64,000 nucleotides of DNA from Chiloscyllium plagiosum (GCF_004010195.1 NC_057718.1:40661173-40725172), one strand, 5' to 3'; shown: positions 40,111 to 53,420, counted from the stretch's first letter. Made by a program: numbers and translations. The notes: a model not told the origin generated them from the letters alone.

Positions 40111-40348
40111 AAGGCAGTCACCAAGTCTGCATTTGGTGTCACCAATATAAAAGCAGTCACTCAGTCTGCGTTTGGTCTCGCCAATGTGAAAGCAGTCACT
40201 CAGTCTGCCTTTGATCTTGCCAATGTGAAAGCAGTCACTCAGTCTGCGTTTGGTCTCGCCAATGTGAAAGCAGTCACTCAGTCTGCCTTTGATCTTGCCA
40301 ATGTGAAAGCAGTCACTCAGTCTGCCTTTGGTTTTGCCAATGTGAAAG
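40111..40348. repeat. 39-bp tandem repeat, 6 units, inside the GIY-YIG coding region
   Basis: Unit aaagcagtcactcagtctgc(g/c)tttg(g/a)tct(c/t)gccaatgtg; units 2 and 4 are identical, as are units 3 and 5. Confidence 0.95.
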
Positions 40349-40520
40349 AGGCCACTTTGTGAACAGCCAATGAAGTAGACTAGATTGACAGAGGTATAAG
40401 TAAAATGCTAATACACCTGGAAGGTGTGTTTGGGGTCTTGGACAGAAAAAAATGTCAATGAAGGGTGAGGAAGTGCTTGAAGTTGTGGAGGAGTGGATCA
40501 GGATGTCACAAAGGGAACAG

Positions 40521-40622
40521 GTCAGGCAGCATCAAAGGAACAGGAGAATCGACGTTTCGGGCTTATGCCAGCAACACACTTTTAACTCTGATCTCCAGCA
40601 TCTGCAGTCCTCACTTTCTCCT
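40521..40622. mobile_element. Short family A PLE insertion with an internal inversion
   Basis: 13-bp TSD acaaagggaacag at 40508-40520 and 40623-40635; orientation switches within the gggcttatgcc hairpin. Confidence 0.8.
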
Positions 40623-40894
40623 ACAAAGGGAACAGTACCTCTGGAACTCTGACAGGAAAGGGAAGGGAAAATTTGTATGGTGGTGATATCCTGTTGGAGG
40701 TGTGGAAATGACAGAGACTGAACCTTTGCCTGCAGAGACAGACTATGATAACCTTTTGAATCATGCGCTACCATGACAGAAACTCTGGAGGGAAATGCTT
40801 TCCTGTACCTTCACCACCCTTACCTATGGTTATAGATTTATGCACTAACAAACCAACAGAGACTGAAGAAGCCCGAGATAACATTCTGATTTAG

Positions 40895-41232
40895 CTTGTT
40901 AAGTGGTAAGTACGTGTCATCACACAAGTTCCAGGCAGTGGCCATTTCTAACAACAGTAAATCTAACCATCTTCTATTGATAATCAATGTCATTGCTGTT
41001 GCTGAATCTCCTCCCATCAGCATTTTGGGGCTGACCATCAACCTGAAGCTGAATAAGACCAGCCACATAAATATTGTGGCTACAACAGCAGGTCAGAAGC
41101 TGAGAATTCTGTGGCAAGTGCCTCACCTATTGACTCATCAAAGCATCTACCAAGGAAATGTCGAGTGTATTATGAAATACTCCCCAGCTGCCTGGATGAC
41201 TGCAGCTCCAATAACACTCAAAGCTCGACACC
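40895..41232 (+). mobile_element. Older CR1-clade LINE fragment
   Basis: Peptide ILGLTINLKLNKTSHINIVATTAGQKLRIL...MKYSPAAWMTA. Confidence 0.7.
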
Positions 41233-43526
41233 ACTTTCTGTTGGAAAATACATGTGAGCGTGAGTGTACATTGAGTGTCAACAGATTTGAAGTCCATTGT
41301 TCTTAGATATCCTGCTGATACTCAATATCTGGGTCCACACTGGAGCAATTACATGGTCAAATTACCACAAGGCACATAATGCACGTGTAAAACTACACCT
41401 CAGCAGGAGTCCGTGCCCCCAAGAGAGAGGAAACAACAGGATCAGCTTCGGGGAACAACATGCCTGAAAATATCCACCAACACATCATCTGTAAAAGTTG
41501 CTGTCCCTTTTGAGGTGACAAGTCTCCTCCAATTTAAATCATGAATGACAGATATTTCCTGAAGTAGTTATGCAACTTCAACATTCAATTCTAGATGCCT
41601 GGATGCAGAGCCCTGCAATAAAATACAATATATGGTGTTTTTCACTCTTTAATGTATTGCTGAGAAATGAAAAGCACAGACACATTCTCTGTATATTTTT
41701 ACACGGTGAATGAACTGATGTATGCAATTAATAGAGTGACCTTGTTGACATCAATTTTGATTTTTAGCTGTCCATTTGTTTAACATTTTAGGTTGTTTAA
41801 TTAGCAGTCACAATGGCTACAAGAGCGCGGTTAAACTGAAATCTAAATAATGACTTGTCATCATTCTTTCAGCCTTGTAGCATTCTATCATCCCAAACAG
41901 AATAAATGAAGTTCATCAGGATTTTGTTACACACTTCCTTTCATGCCTTCATTAGATTGAGCAGAGATTGCTTACAGATTGCCTTGAAGTGTATAGTAGG
42001 AACATTACTGGGAGTTAGTCTAATAACTCAAAACAGCAAGCAGAACTTCACAGCATTTACCAATCACTGTTTGGATGAAGCTGTAACCTTTCTGTCACTT
42101 ATGATAAATCAGACTGGTATAGTTTCTGATGAAGTAATTAGCAGTTGAACTTCAAAACAAACTTGTTCCAGATCAAATCCCTTTGAATGAGAGGCACCAT
42201 CAAATGGATTATGCCTTAAGGGCAATACTGAAATAAATTTTGAGTCTGTTGATTTTAATACAGCTCCACAGAGATTGTAATGATTTCTGCTTGGGACATT
42301 TCAGCACTCTGTGTATGTCGGTAAGTGTATATATTCCAGATAAATCTATAAACCAGGAGAACCTTCATTTTCAGTTGAATTTATGGTTGTCTATGGCTTG
42401 TCTATGGAACTATAACATTTCCCTTGACCATTGTTAATTATACAATTTGAGCTTACACCTTCTGACACAGGGACTGTATTTATCTTTTATATTCAATCTC
42501 CTCCTATCTCTATTCTTTGGTAATCCTGCATGGCACTAATCTCTGGTCCAACAAATTTGCAGTTATGTTGTCTCATAATTTCTTAGATGTTTGCATGGTG
42601 CTTCATATCTAGTCTGCACTGACCCTGTGAAGGCAGAACACAAATAAATACATTTTAAAAAACAAGTTGGCCAGGTGATGAATTTGATAGCTTTTATTTG
42701 CTGAGTGGACAAGTTAATGATGAGATGATTCTTCCAAACGAATCAACCAAAGTACCTTTCTTGCTGACATCTTTCCCATCGGGCATGTGGCTGGGTGTGG
42801 ACAGCAGAATTGGAATGGAAAAACAGTCAAGGTAAAAGGTATTAACAAACATCCAGGGCCATTTTGTTAAATGCTGGAGAGAGAGACTCCACAGTGTATA
42901 GGACCTTTTATGTGCCTTCCTGATGGAGTGCCATGTCAGGTCCATAAATCGTTCTATTATCGGGGTCCTTTACAATATTGATTTCTGGCTGTAAGTAGCT
43001 AGAATGAGATTAGTTCATAACAACATTATAAATCCAGCAAATTCACAAGTGTCATTAACTACAACCGATGAGAATGGACTTCTCCCAGTTTTGGTGAGGT
43101 TAATGGCAGAGCAGCACAAATTACTCAACAATTTATGGTGGAGTGCAACTTGTGTTATTTTTCTTTAATACTCTCCAAATTGCTTTTTTCATGTATTCCT
43201 AATAACATGCAACAAAATATGACATTCTAATAATAAGAACTCTCAGCAAATTTTGGCTTGTTTCTTTCTTGTTTGGTTTTGACTTTACCCATCCTCCAAA
43301 GTCAGGTTTTATTGTGGGTTCTGTTGAGGCAGATCCTTTGGTGTTTTGTTGCAGGTGGAGTTTGTTGTGGGTCAATGGTGAGGGAATGATAGATACAAGA
43401 CAAATGAATTTAAATGGAGAGGTGTTACCACTACCTGGGCAGCAGGATATTTTTTATTTCATAAAATAGATTTTACACAGAGATGTACAATGATAAAATA
43501 ATGATGGCACACTTGCAATCTATTTG

Positions 43527-43717
43527 CACAAAGTTAAAAATCACACACCAGGCTCGAGTCCAACGGGTTTATTTGAAAACACGAGCTATCGGAGCGCTGC
43601 TCCTTCATCAGCAGCACTCCAAATGCTAGTGCTTCCAAAAAAACCTGTTGGACTATAACCTGGTGTTGTGTGATTTTTAACTTTGTACACCCCAGTCCAA
43701 CACCGCACCTCCAAATC
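43527..43717. mobile_element. Fold-back PLE-terminus element, family B
   Basis: 11-bp TSD caatctatttg at 43516-43526 and 43717-43727; the arms meet at the hammerhead. Confidence 0.85.
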
Positions 43718-44933
43718 AATCTATTTGTTGGACAATATTGTAGATTTTCTTAATACAAACGTTAAAGTAAAATGGATGACTGTTGTTACTTTAAAAGCAA
43801 AGTTTAAAGACTTTAAGTTTTAACACATCATGAATGTTGCCTGAAGAATTACATTTTTGAGACTAAATTTGGCAATGACGATGGACTTAGAACAATTCTG
43901 TTAGTGAACATAGGCCCATCTGCAATAACAAATGCTTCCAAGTATACTCTAATGATGATAAAAGTTAGTGATGGTTCCAAATTATAATAGCTTCCCTTAT
44001 CAGTATTTTCACAGTCTACTTCTCAAGTATTTGCATTTTCCAATACGCACTTCCTATGTGCCTTTATCTTTGCACCTATTTACTTCCTGTAGTGATGTAA
44101 TTTTATAAAATAGTTTACTGGACTAAGGCATGCCTGTGAGGTGTGATTTCAGAATCTTCTACCACATCTTCATTCTTACACTTCAAAAAGATATTAACTG
44201 CACCAGATGCAAACAGAAACTACCTTTAATAGTAACTTATTTTGCTCAGGGAATCATTTCTGATGTGTAGCTGCAAATTAACAAAACACATTTCACTATA
44301 AAGTGAATCAAAGATATGTCAGGTAAGAGACAGTTTTGCTTCGGTAAACATAGAAAATGCTAGGAAATATTCATTTAGTTGGGCTATATTTGTGGTGAGA
44401 GAAACAAAGTCAATGTGTAGAATGTATTGGCTATATTGAGGATGGGGCATCCACTGGCTGAAAACAGGTGGCAATCCCACCATGCTTACTGTAGAAGAGA
44501 GGCTTGAGGGGTTTATGTCCCAATCAGGAATCGTCTCAGATTTCCAGTATTGTGTAAGGTGAAACCAACCAGAAATCAGAATGCAGGGAAACATGTGACC
44601 CTCAGGAACTGCCAACTCTCGTGTACTGGCAGTTGTCACAGATAGGACTGGAGACATAGGAATAAAAATTAGTTGGAATGTTTTCACTGGGGCCATACTG
44701 GAGGGCTCTGTTAAAGTGGGGGAGGGGTTTGATTTTAAGGCACAGAGATGTCTTCATCCAGGTTCCACTAATTCCAACAATACACATCTCTGTTGGATGC
44801 TGAGAGCCTGGCAAGAAGGGAATCAACCAATCATGTCTCTGACTTGTGGACTGCTATTGGGGAAGGCAGCCATCCTTCACTGTGACAACTGGACACCTTT
44901 GACCCTGCTTTCAGATGCAATGTTGTCACCACT

Positions 44934-45060
44934 TCCTGAAGAAGGGCTTATGCCCGAAACGTCGATTCTCCTGTTCCTTGGATGCTGCCTGACCTGCTGC
45001 GCTTTTCCAGCAACACATTTTCAGCTCTGATCTCCAGCATCTCCAGTCCTCACTTTCACC
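44934..45060 (+). mobile_element. Short PLE-terminus insertion (family A) beginning at a hammerhead
   Basis: 8-bp TSD tcaccact at 44926-44933 and 45056-45063. Confidence 0.8.
44936..44963 (+). ncRNA. Minimal hammerhead ribozyme motif, intact core (family A)
   Basis: CUGAAGA-A-GGGC-uuau-GCCC-GAAA-C-GUC; palindromic ACGU replaces stem III; stem I is only about 2 bp. Confidence 0.7.
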
Positions 45061-45111
45061 ACTAAATCCAGCCCAGTTTCTAGGTCATAATCCTGAATGG
45101 TCCACTAAGAT

Positions 45112-45700
45112 ACATGAGAAATAGGAGCAGGAGTAGTTCATTCAGCTCATCCATTGCTCAGTACGATCATGGCTAACCTGACTGTGGCTAGAACTCTACT
45201 TTCTTACCTCGCCCCAACAAACTCTGTAGATCAGATTCTGTGTAACGCAAGCCCGTGAATGTTTTCATTTACTCATTCAGCTTCCAATGTTCTCCGTAAA
45301 AGAGAATTTCAAAAACATGAGAGGAGACATTCCTCATCAACTCTGTCTGGGAGACCCTTCATTCTGAAACCCATTTCTAGGTTCCCCTAAAAGGCAAAAC
45401 ATCCTCTTAGCATCTACCCTGTTAAGCGCCCTCAGAATCTTAAGTATCAATCAGATCATCTTCGAAATCCCAGTGACTATAAGTCAAGTCTGCTCAATTT
45501 TTCTTCAGAAGAAAGCCCCGTAACTTTCCCAGAACTGCTTCCAAAGCAAATATATCACTCATTTATTAAGATGACTAAAACAGTACTCAAAAGACTGAAT
45601 GTGGTCTCACCAATGCAACAAGACTTGATTATTTTTGTACTTTATCAGCCTTGAAGTAAAGGTCATCATTCCATTTGGCATCCCAATATCTTAGTTGTAC
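45112..45700 (-). mobile_element. Degenerate CR1-clade 3' fragment
   Basis: Tail agaaataggagcaggagtag, similar to 2370-2593. Confidence 0.6.
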
Positions 45701-46525
45701 CTAATATTTTTATGACAATAAACATATATGTGAGGCAGCTGATTGCCCAGGCCAAGAACAGGCCACATGTGGACCAGCAGCAACCCAGATATTTTTGTTG
45801 AGCCAGGAGGAGAACAAATCTGCACCAATCTTGGATTGTGTTGAAGACTTAACAGAACAGTTTTCCCAAATGGGGACAGGTGGTTGAAACATTGCTTCTA
45901 CATGCGGCTTGTCTGATTGATGCTGTTTCCGGTGGTGACATGGCTCTCATTGTTGGTCAACTCTGCAGCAATGTCCAAGTCAGCAGTATTGAGTCAGTTC
46001 TGAAGAGATAACTCTTGTCACCGGTAACCAGTCTGCAATCTGAATATAAACAAGATAATAAACCTGCACACGATGGATGAACATACTGCTGCTCGGAAAT
46101 CTGGCAGCAATCTAGACGATGTGCAGCCTGAGATGCAAACAAATTGCATGTCGAGGAAGTGATAAGTATTTTTATTAAGAAACCCTGGTGATGGTGATTT
46201 ACCAAAGCAATATGGATGCAGTCTTTGGCACTTTGTATCTTGGGGAAACTTCCAACGTGAAGGAAGCCTAAAGTACCCTCATCCTGATTTGTTTTGTCCT
46301 TTGTCCTTTGTGAAAGTAATATAGTTGTCAATCCTGGTATGAAGAGCCTTGGTCATCAGTCTAGCACAATAATGAACAACAAATTGGGAGATGTCACCTC
46401 CCTGCAGTATGGAGCAACCTGTAAGCAAAAATGTTCAGGGGATTGCTGATCTTGAGAATCACATAAAGCTCTGTCCTTGCTCTGGTTTGAGGGTCAGTGA
46501 TTGCAGTGATCTAACTTGGAGATGC

Positions 46526-47410
46526 ATAGAATCATAGAAAACGGGGAGGGGGTGTGGGGTGTGAATAGTCCATTTAGCCCTTTATTCTGCTACACCTTCA
46601 AAATAATCATGGCTACTCATCCAACTCAGTACACTGCTCCCATTTTCTCCCCATACCCTTTGATCCCTTAAGCCTTAAGAACTATATCTAACTCCTTCTT
46701 GAAAACATGCAATATTTTATCCTCTACCATTTCCTGTGGCAGAAACTTCCACAGGCTCACCACACTCCAGCAGAAGGCCTTTCTCCTCATCCCTGTCCTA
46801 AATGGTGTACTCCATGCCTTCGACCTTGGGTTTTCGAATACCCTGTCATTGAGAACATGCTTTGTGCATTTACCCTGTCTAAACCTGTGAGAATTTTGTA
46901 GCTTTTTATGAAATCTTCCTTCGTTCTTCTAAACTCCAGTGAATACAGTCCTAATCGATCCCGTCTCTATTCATATGTCAATCCTGCCATCCCAGGAATC
47001 AGGCTGGGAAACCTTTCTTGTAGTCTCTCCATAACCAGAACATCCTTCCTCAGCTAAGGAAGCCATAACTTCGTACAAAACTCCTCAAGGCCATGTACAC
47101 TTCCAGCAAGACATCCCTGCCCCTGTTCTTGAATCCTTTCACTAAGAAAGCCAATGTATCATTTACTACTTCACCTTCTGCTGCAGCTGCATGCTTACCT
47201 TCAGTGTCTGGTGTATGAGGACACCCAGGTCTCATTGCACCTCCCAATGTTCTAATCTGTCATCATTCAGATAATAATCAGTCTGCCTAATTTTGCTACC
47301 AAAGTGGATAATGCACGTTATACTTCATCTGTCCATTATCTCAACTTGTGCAAGCCACACTGAAACATTTATGCATTCTTCTCAGACTTCTTCTTCCCAC
47401 CCAGCTTTGT
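46526..47410 (-). mobile_element. CR1-clade LINE 3' fragment
   Basis: catagaatcatagaa tail; peptide LAFLVKGFKNRGRDVLLEVYMAL. Confidence 0.7.
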
Positions 47411-48834
47411 GTCTGGGCTACATTATTTCCCACTGAAGTTAAGCTGCTGAATTGCTCCTTAGTGACTTCCCGTCTAAATTCTTAGTTTCTCCCTCCTCCC
47501 AGCTGTTCCTGCTCTCACCTGTCTTTTTGGATGATCCCCACATTCTGAAGTCCCAGACATAGATATACTAGACCACACATTACAGCGCTGAAATGCTTTC
47601 GCATGCAGATAAAATCAATGCACCACTAGGAAAACATTATCACAAGGGATCTGTAACCAGTTGAGAAATTAGGCAAGAACATACACAGATTATATCTAGC
47701 AGGTTAACAGAACAACAGCAGTAAGCCTGAATGAAACAAATGTGGTCAAGTAGTGTTGTTGAAATGTCCTTCCATTTGTTCACACCATGAGATGTGAATG
47801 AGTTTATTGAAGCTGAGACAAGTTCTGGGGTAGCACAATAACATGAAGATGTCCTGTGAAAAGCCAGTAATACTGGAAAATGAGAGGTACAGGTCTGGCT
47901 AATTTTGTACACTTCAAGAACACTCATTTCGCAGTATTAGTAATTTTTTAAACTTCCTCTTTTCTCTCTGAGCTACCAATGAAAGAACATTATTTAGATA
48001 TTTAAAGAGTTGTTCAATACTGTTGGTAGTTGTCTAAGTCAGTCTATGGAAGGACACAATCCAATATATACTTACCAGTGTGGAATGAGTTCTTACACTC
48101 TGTCTATCATTATGGAATTTCAGATAAGGTAAATGTATTTCACAATGGATTTCTACAGCCAGATCAACTTAACTGTTTTAATTTATTGTACTTTAACACA
48201 TCCCATGGTTTATAATCCCACAGTGTTACCATTTGCATTTTATGCTTGGTTTGAACAACATAAGTTATACATGTGTTAAAGCAATCCTGCAGTTCAGTGT
48301 GCTTACAAACCTTTTAAACTTTTCTTGCTTGGGGATCTCTGGCACTATCGTCAGTGCAATTTGAAATTTGCTACATTGCTTTATCTTACATTTCTATTTT
48401 TGCATTTATACTGGATTTTGAATGCAAAGTATTTAGGTTTTTACCTTGTACACTCAAACTCATAATTCCACACTAACCAAACTTTAAAATTATTTAAGAC
48501 TTAATTAGCAAAACAGGCCCTTGAATGTATGAAAGGAATTTACACACAAATTAATGTCCAGATACAACAACAGTGACAGGATATCTGTTAATTTTTCCAC
48601 AGAGGCTTGTTATCTGTTGAAGAAAAATATCTTACTTTAAAGATCTGACTGATATGAAAGAGAATTTTAGGCAGATGAAAAAGACTGTGGTTTGCTGACT
48701 AGACATTGTTTTTCCCTCCTCTTCAGCAGCTTGCTTTATTTTGATATTTATGATTCAAAACGTTGAGCCAAGAATACATCTACTTCATGTCATGTAAATG
48801 CCAGTCTATGACCATTTCAATAAGAGAAATAATG

Positions 48835-49520
48835 ACATTCAATAGCATCATCACTGGATCCTCCATCAATCAGAAATATTAACCAGCCAGCCATATAAAA
48901 ATTGTGGTTACAAGAGCAGGTCAGAGGCTAGGAATTTTGCGAAAGAAGGGTTATACTTGAAATGTTGACTTCTTCACCTCCTGATGCTGCATGACTTGCT
49001 GTGTTCTTCCACCATCCTGCTAGTTTATCTAATGTGAATATTCTCTATTTGCCTGGCTGAATGCAGCTCCAACAACACTTAAGAAACTATACATCATCCA
49101 GGATATCCCATTTCATCAGCACTCTATCTGCCACCTTGAGTATTAATTCGCTCTACTACTAAATACAGCAGCAGCACTGCGTACCATTTATGAGATGATC
49201 TACTACAATTTACAAGCATCCGTTAACAACACCATCCAAACCTCCGATCTGAACCATCTGAAAGAACAAGGACAGCAGATGCATGGGAATACCATTGTCT
49301 GCAACTTCCCCTCCAACTCACGTACCATCCTGATTCGGAACTCTGTCACCATTCCTGCACTATGGCTGGATCATAATGCTGGAACTCACTGTAGTATTAC
49401 TGTGCGTGTAGCTACACCTCATGTACAGCAACAGTTCAAGAAGGCAGCTCACACCCACCTTCTCAAGGGCACTTTGGAATAGCCAGCAAAGATTGACCTC
49501 ATATCCCAACAATAAATGAA
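48835..49520 (+). mobile_element. Older CR1-clade LINE 3' part with a small degenerate PLE terminus at about 48941-49025
   Basis: Homologous to 40895-41232 and 9740-10015. Confidence 0.65.
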
Positions 49521-51171
49521 AAAAGGCTTCTCTAATTTTACATTCAAAAAATTGCTTGGACACTTGCTAAAAAGAATTTGGCAGTGAACTGATTCTTTGT
49601 ACACATTGTTACATTTAATGGAGATGTTTTCAGTCCTTTGTCCATAAGACCTTGAACTCAGATCGTCAAATTAACTCCTATGCTTTATTGCCAACTTTGC
49701 ATTTCAGCAAAGCAGCAATTGTTCCACATTAATTTGAAAATAATGACAGAGTGGCAGTCTTACTTGAAAAGGGAAATTGATTTAAATTGGACTGCAAGTG
49801 CAAACTAAACCACCAGATGCCACACTTTGACAAGCTGAGCAGGGTAGTTAAAAAAAAATCTACTTATCATTGTTCTTAATTAGATTCTCTCAGTAACACC
49901 TGTAACACATCCAAACATTGAACACTGTTCAGGAAATTGCAATCTTAAGTAGTATGTGGTATTATATATTAAGAGAGTGCTGTTTGAATTGCATCAAAAC
50001 CATATAATTCTTTCTATCCCATGACTGCACGTATTTGTTTCTTTGTTGTGAAAGCACATTCCATGGGACGTAAAAGGCCATACTAATGAATGTATCCAAG
50101 AGCATCTCAGTCACAATATATGCTTTCTCCTCCTTGTCTTTAGTCCGGCATTCCAATGCAAAGTCTTGCTATTGGTTACATTGAGCAAAGTGCCGAAGTT
50201 AACAATATTGAAAACTTCTAGGGATATAGCAAAGCTACTTTTGTGTGGCCCGAATACAAAAACATTGCCTGAGCACTCCAAATGTTAACTGGAAGAGCAC
50301 CATCATCTGGCACAGATGTCTTTATGCATGCACAGTTTCAATATAAAACTGGAATTTGAATAAATCAGCATAGTTCTGAACTTTTGAATGTGAACAAGCA
50401 TGGTTTTGAGTTGGCTCATGTGAGGATGCACATTTTTCTGTTCAAGAACAAGGATTATTAGGAGGCACACGAATTTACCTATAGTTACCTGGAAGTCTGA
50501 GGCTTAGTGCATTGGTCCTCAATTAATTCTAAGAACTTATTTCTCATGTGACTTATTGGTTGTGTTACCATTGTAATGGGAGGAAGTTGCGGGCGATCAA
50601 GTTCCACAATTCCATACTCTTATAAATGTTGTGATTCAATCACCAAAACGGTCAATTGTTTCCCTTTTGCTGTCCAGAGTAAAAGACACTTTTGTCAGGC
50701 TTCTTTAATCCCTTTACCACATGACATACCTCATTCTTAAATCAAATGGCAAAACTGGGTTATATCTGAAATTAGAACGAAGACACACACAAGTTAACAA
50801 AGACATTGCAGAGGCGATATTCCAAAAAGTGTAAAAAGAAAACACATGAATCATCCAATGGTTTGAAAACTATAAGGTACAACTTGATGAATTCTCATAG
50901 TCCACTAGGATTCTCTTCATGAAACTGAATTGTTGAGAGCCATAACTTTAGAACATCTTCCAATCAAGGCTTCGGTTTGGATGGAAATCAGGCTGAATCT
51001 AAATTTTTGGTTGGTTACCATAGTTCAGCTTTCCATGGTTTACAAGGTAATCAAGTTACCAAGATGTGGAAACTCCCTCAGATTCCCAAGGAAGAAAGGG
51101 AATTATAGCCTTATAGCAGTTTTGAAGATTTTCTTCTGTTTGACCATATATTTAAAACTGTTTAATTTATT

Positions 51172-52065
51172 TGTTATATATTAATACCAATTTTGGAATT
51201 TTGATTTTAATATTAAGTCATATGGGTGATAGTTACTTTTGTGAAAAGTGTTCTTTAAAGGAAAAACTCAGTGTCCTTCTGAAACAGTGACCAAATTAAG
51301 TACGTGTCAGAGAACAGGTGACTGTTAGGAGAGGCCTTGAAGTGTTAACAGAAATTGTTTATATTGTAGTAATTTACAACATGGGAGGGTAAACATTGAA
51401 GGTTGTTAGCTTGTTTTTCATTCAGAACAATCAATTAATCATTCATAACAATGATTTTTGTTTAGAAAACCGAGAAATTGAAAGTTTTGAAGCAAGTTTG
51501 GAAGAGGCTTGACTGGGATCAGAAACAATTATAATTTTCTCTCATTAAAGAATTAGAGGATGGTTGAGGGAAAACACAGTCACCTCAGTACAAAACCTTC
51601 ATTTTTGCAGTGACCAAACACAGGGTTTGGTTAGAAAGCTGCAGGTTATTAGAAGCTGGGAAAATCTAAGCTCTCAGATTGTGCATACTTTTGGAAGAAT
51701 ATGCCACAGCTCACAGCAAACAAACTGGGTGAATCAGTTGCATAACATTTAGCATGTTAACAGAGAGGTGTAATTTCTCTTTTTTTAAATCCCTGAAATG
51801 GAGTGCAGGGTAATAGGTTGAAACTTGGTTTTAGTGTATGCTTAAGATATTTCAGTGTTCAATATTTTGATAACTTGGTTTTTACTTATTTTATGTTGTG
51901 TAATAAACATTTTTTTTGTGTTGTTGGAAAAATTCTGTGGTCTTGTGTGACTCTGTTTCTGTGACTGTCCACCACTACAAATAAACTAATTTTAAAAAAC
52001 ACATGATATATCAAGCCTGATTTCATTCAGGAAATTGACCTGTTCAGTAGTCCAGCTGGTATCCA
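51172..52065 (+). mobile_element. Possible solo LTR
   Basis: Begins TGT; AATAAA at about 51902 is followed by a U5-like stretch. The end and TSD were not verified. Confidence 0.3.
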
Positions 52066-52689
52066 AGGTGTATGAAACAGAAATCAAATCCAAAAAGGTA
52101 GCTAGGCAACCATCAGTACAGGGATCCCCTAGTTTCTTCCAAAGCTAGCTTTTCCAGTTAGTAAGGACAATAAATCACATTTCTTATGTCCCTGAAAGCT
52201 TTGCTGGGCTATTTTTCCAAAGTCACTTGACTGTAATTAGCAGCTGAATCAAATTCATATTAAATTGTTGATCTCATTTCAAAGACTATTTCATGGCTTC
52301 CCTTCAAACTTTGGTAGAAATGCTATTTAATTCAGGAAGTGTCAAAATATTTCAATAGTTTCCAGTTTTTTATATAGTTCACAAGTATTCCCAACAGAAG
52401 TTGGATTCCATTTCTTTCCTCAAATCCACTGTTATCTGTTTTCACGTTGTCTATCTGCTATCATCATTTGGTCATCAACAACATCATAGGTGTCAATTGT
52501 TACTGCACCCACATAGCTGCTACCATATTGGAAAGTGTAAATGCCAACTCACAAAATCTTCAGCTACACCAAGGAAACAATGTTGCTACCCAAAATTTGG
52601 TTATACTCCCCAAACTGAAATGAGGATCATAACCTTTAATTGTCTACTGTCTTAAAAAAATGCTTACACAATGAAGACGAGCTCAGCTA

Positions 52690-53086
52690 TTCAAGATGGC
52701 AGCACCGGCACTGTATACCTGTCCGGTCCAGGCTAGACATACTCATTATCTCTCCTTTTGTCTTTTAAGCTTTTCTTCTGCTTTTATTCAATTTCCTGAT
52801 ATTACGGGGAGGCTGGAGCAGAGGTGGTTTTGACTGGAATGGGGACTCATTGCTCCGAAAGTCCGATGTATGACCTTCTGGGTTTGGCGAAGAGATGTTG
52901 GCTGCAGCAATGGCAGACCATGGCTCTGGGCGGTCTAGAGCAGAGACTTACAGAGACCTTGCATAGGTCCTGGAGCTATGTTTGGGACCTGGCTGATTCT
53001 TCTGTACTTCAAAATGGCGCCAGATTATGGTGATAGAACACTTTTCACTGTATCTCCCGAGAATTATGTGACAATAAATCATTCAA
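52690..53086 (+). mobile_element. YY1-motif-headed non-coding retroposon
   Basis: ttcaagatggc start; caaaatggcgcc...cttttcactgtatc...atgtgacaataaatcattc end. Confidence 0.65.
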
Positions 53087-53386
53087 GCAAGTACTTGATT
53101 TACAAAATCATATTTTATAAGGAGAATTAATCTTCATTTGACACATAATGAGATTCAATGCCTGCCTTTTGACCATAGTAAAGTTAAAGGGTTTGAATGA
53201 ACGGTGAATGGACTGTTCAAAGATGATCAGTCATGAGTAACAAATAATATTACTTGTTAAAGAGCAGACTTTCTGCCAGATGCTATCTGTGTACAATACA
53301 TTGTTGAAGTAGACATTAAGAAATTATTCAGCCATTGGATATATAGCAGTACTTATGTTTCCTCTATATACATATTGGGGTGGTCC

Positions 53387-53420
53387 TATATATATATATT
53401 ATATATACATGTGTGTGTAT
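53387..53420. repeat. (TA)n/(TG)n microsatellite
   Basis: Read directly from the sequence. Confidence 0.8.

Larger units (their letters stand above)
39270..40740 (-). mobile_element. Penelope-like retroelement remnant (linker, GIY-YIG endonuclease, 3' terminus)
   Basis: Minus-strand peptides HLQQDITTIQIFPS, VQDPKHTFQV..FTYTSVNLVYFIGCSQSGL, YIGDTKCRLGDCLVEHL and LEELNLIFSLGSLQP. Confidence 0.85.

Noticed and set aside
40087..40362. Plus-strand ORF with KAVTQSAFGLANV repeats, as a repeat protein or CRISPR-like array
   Set aside because: It is the antisense shadow of the amplified GIY-YIG segment. The units abut with no unique spacers, so it is not a CRISPR array.
45720..46330. Exon candidates in unique sequence
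   Set aside because: No frame gave a recognisable peptide with consistent splice sites.
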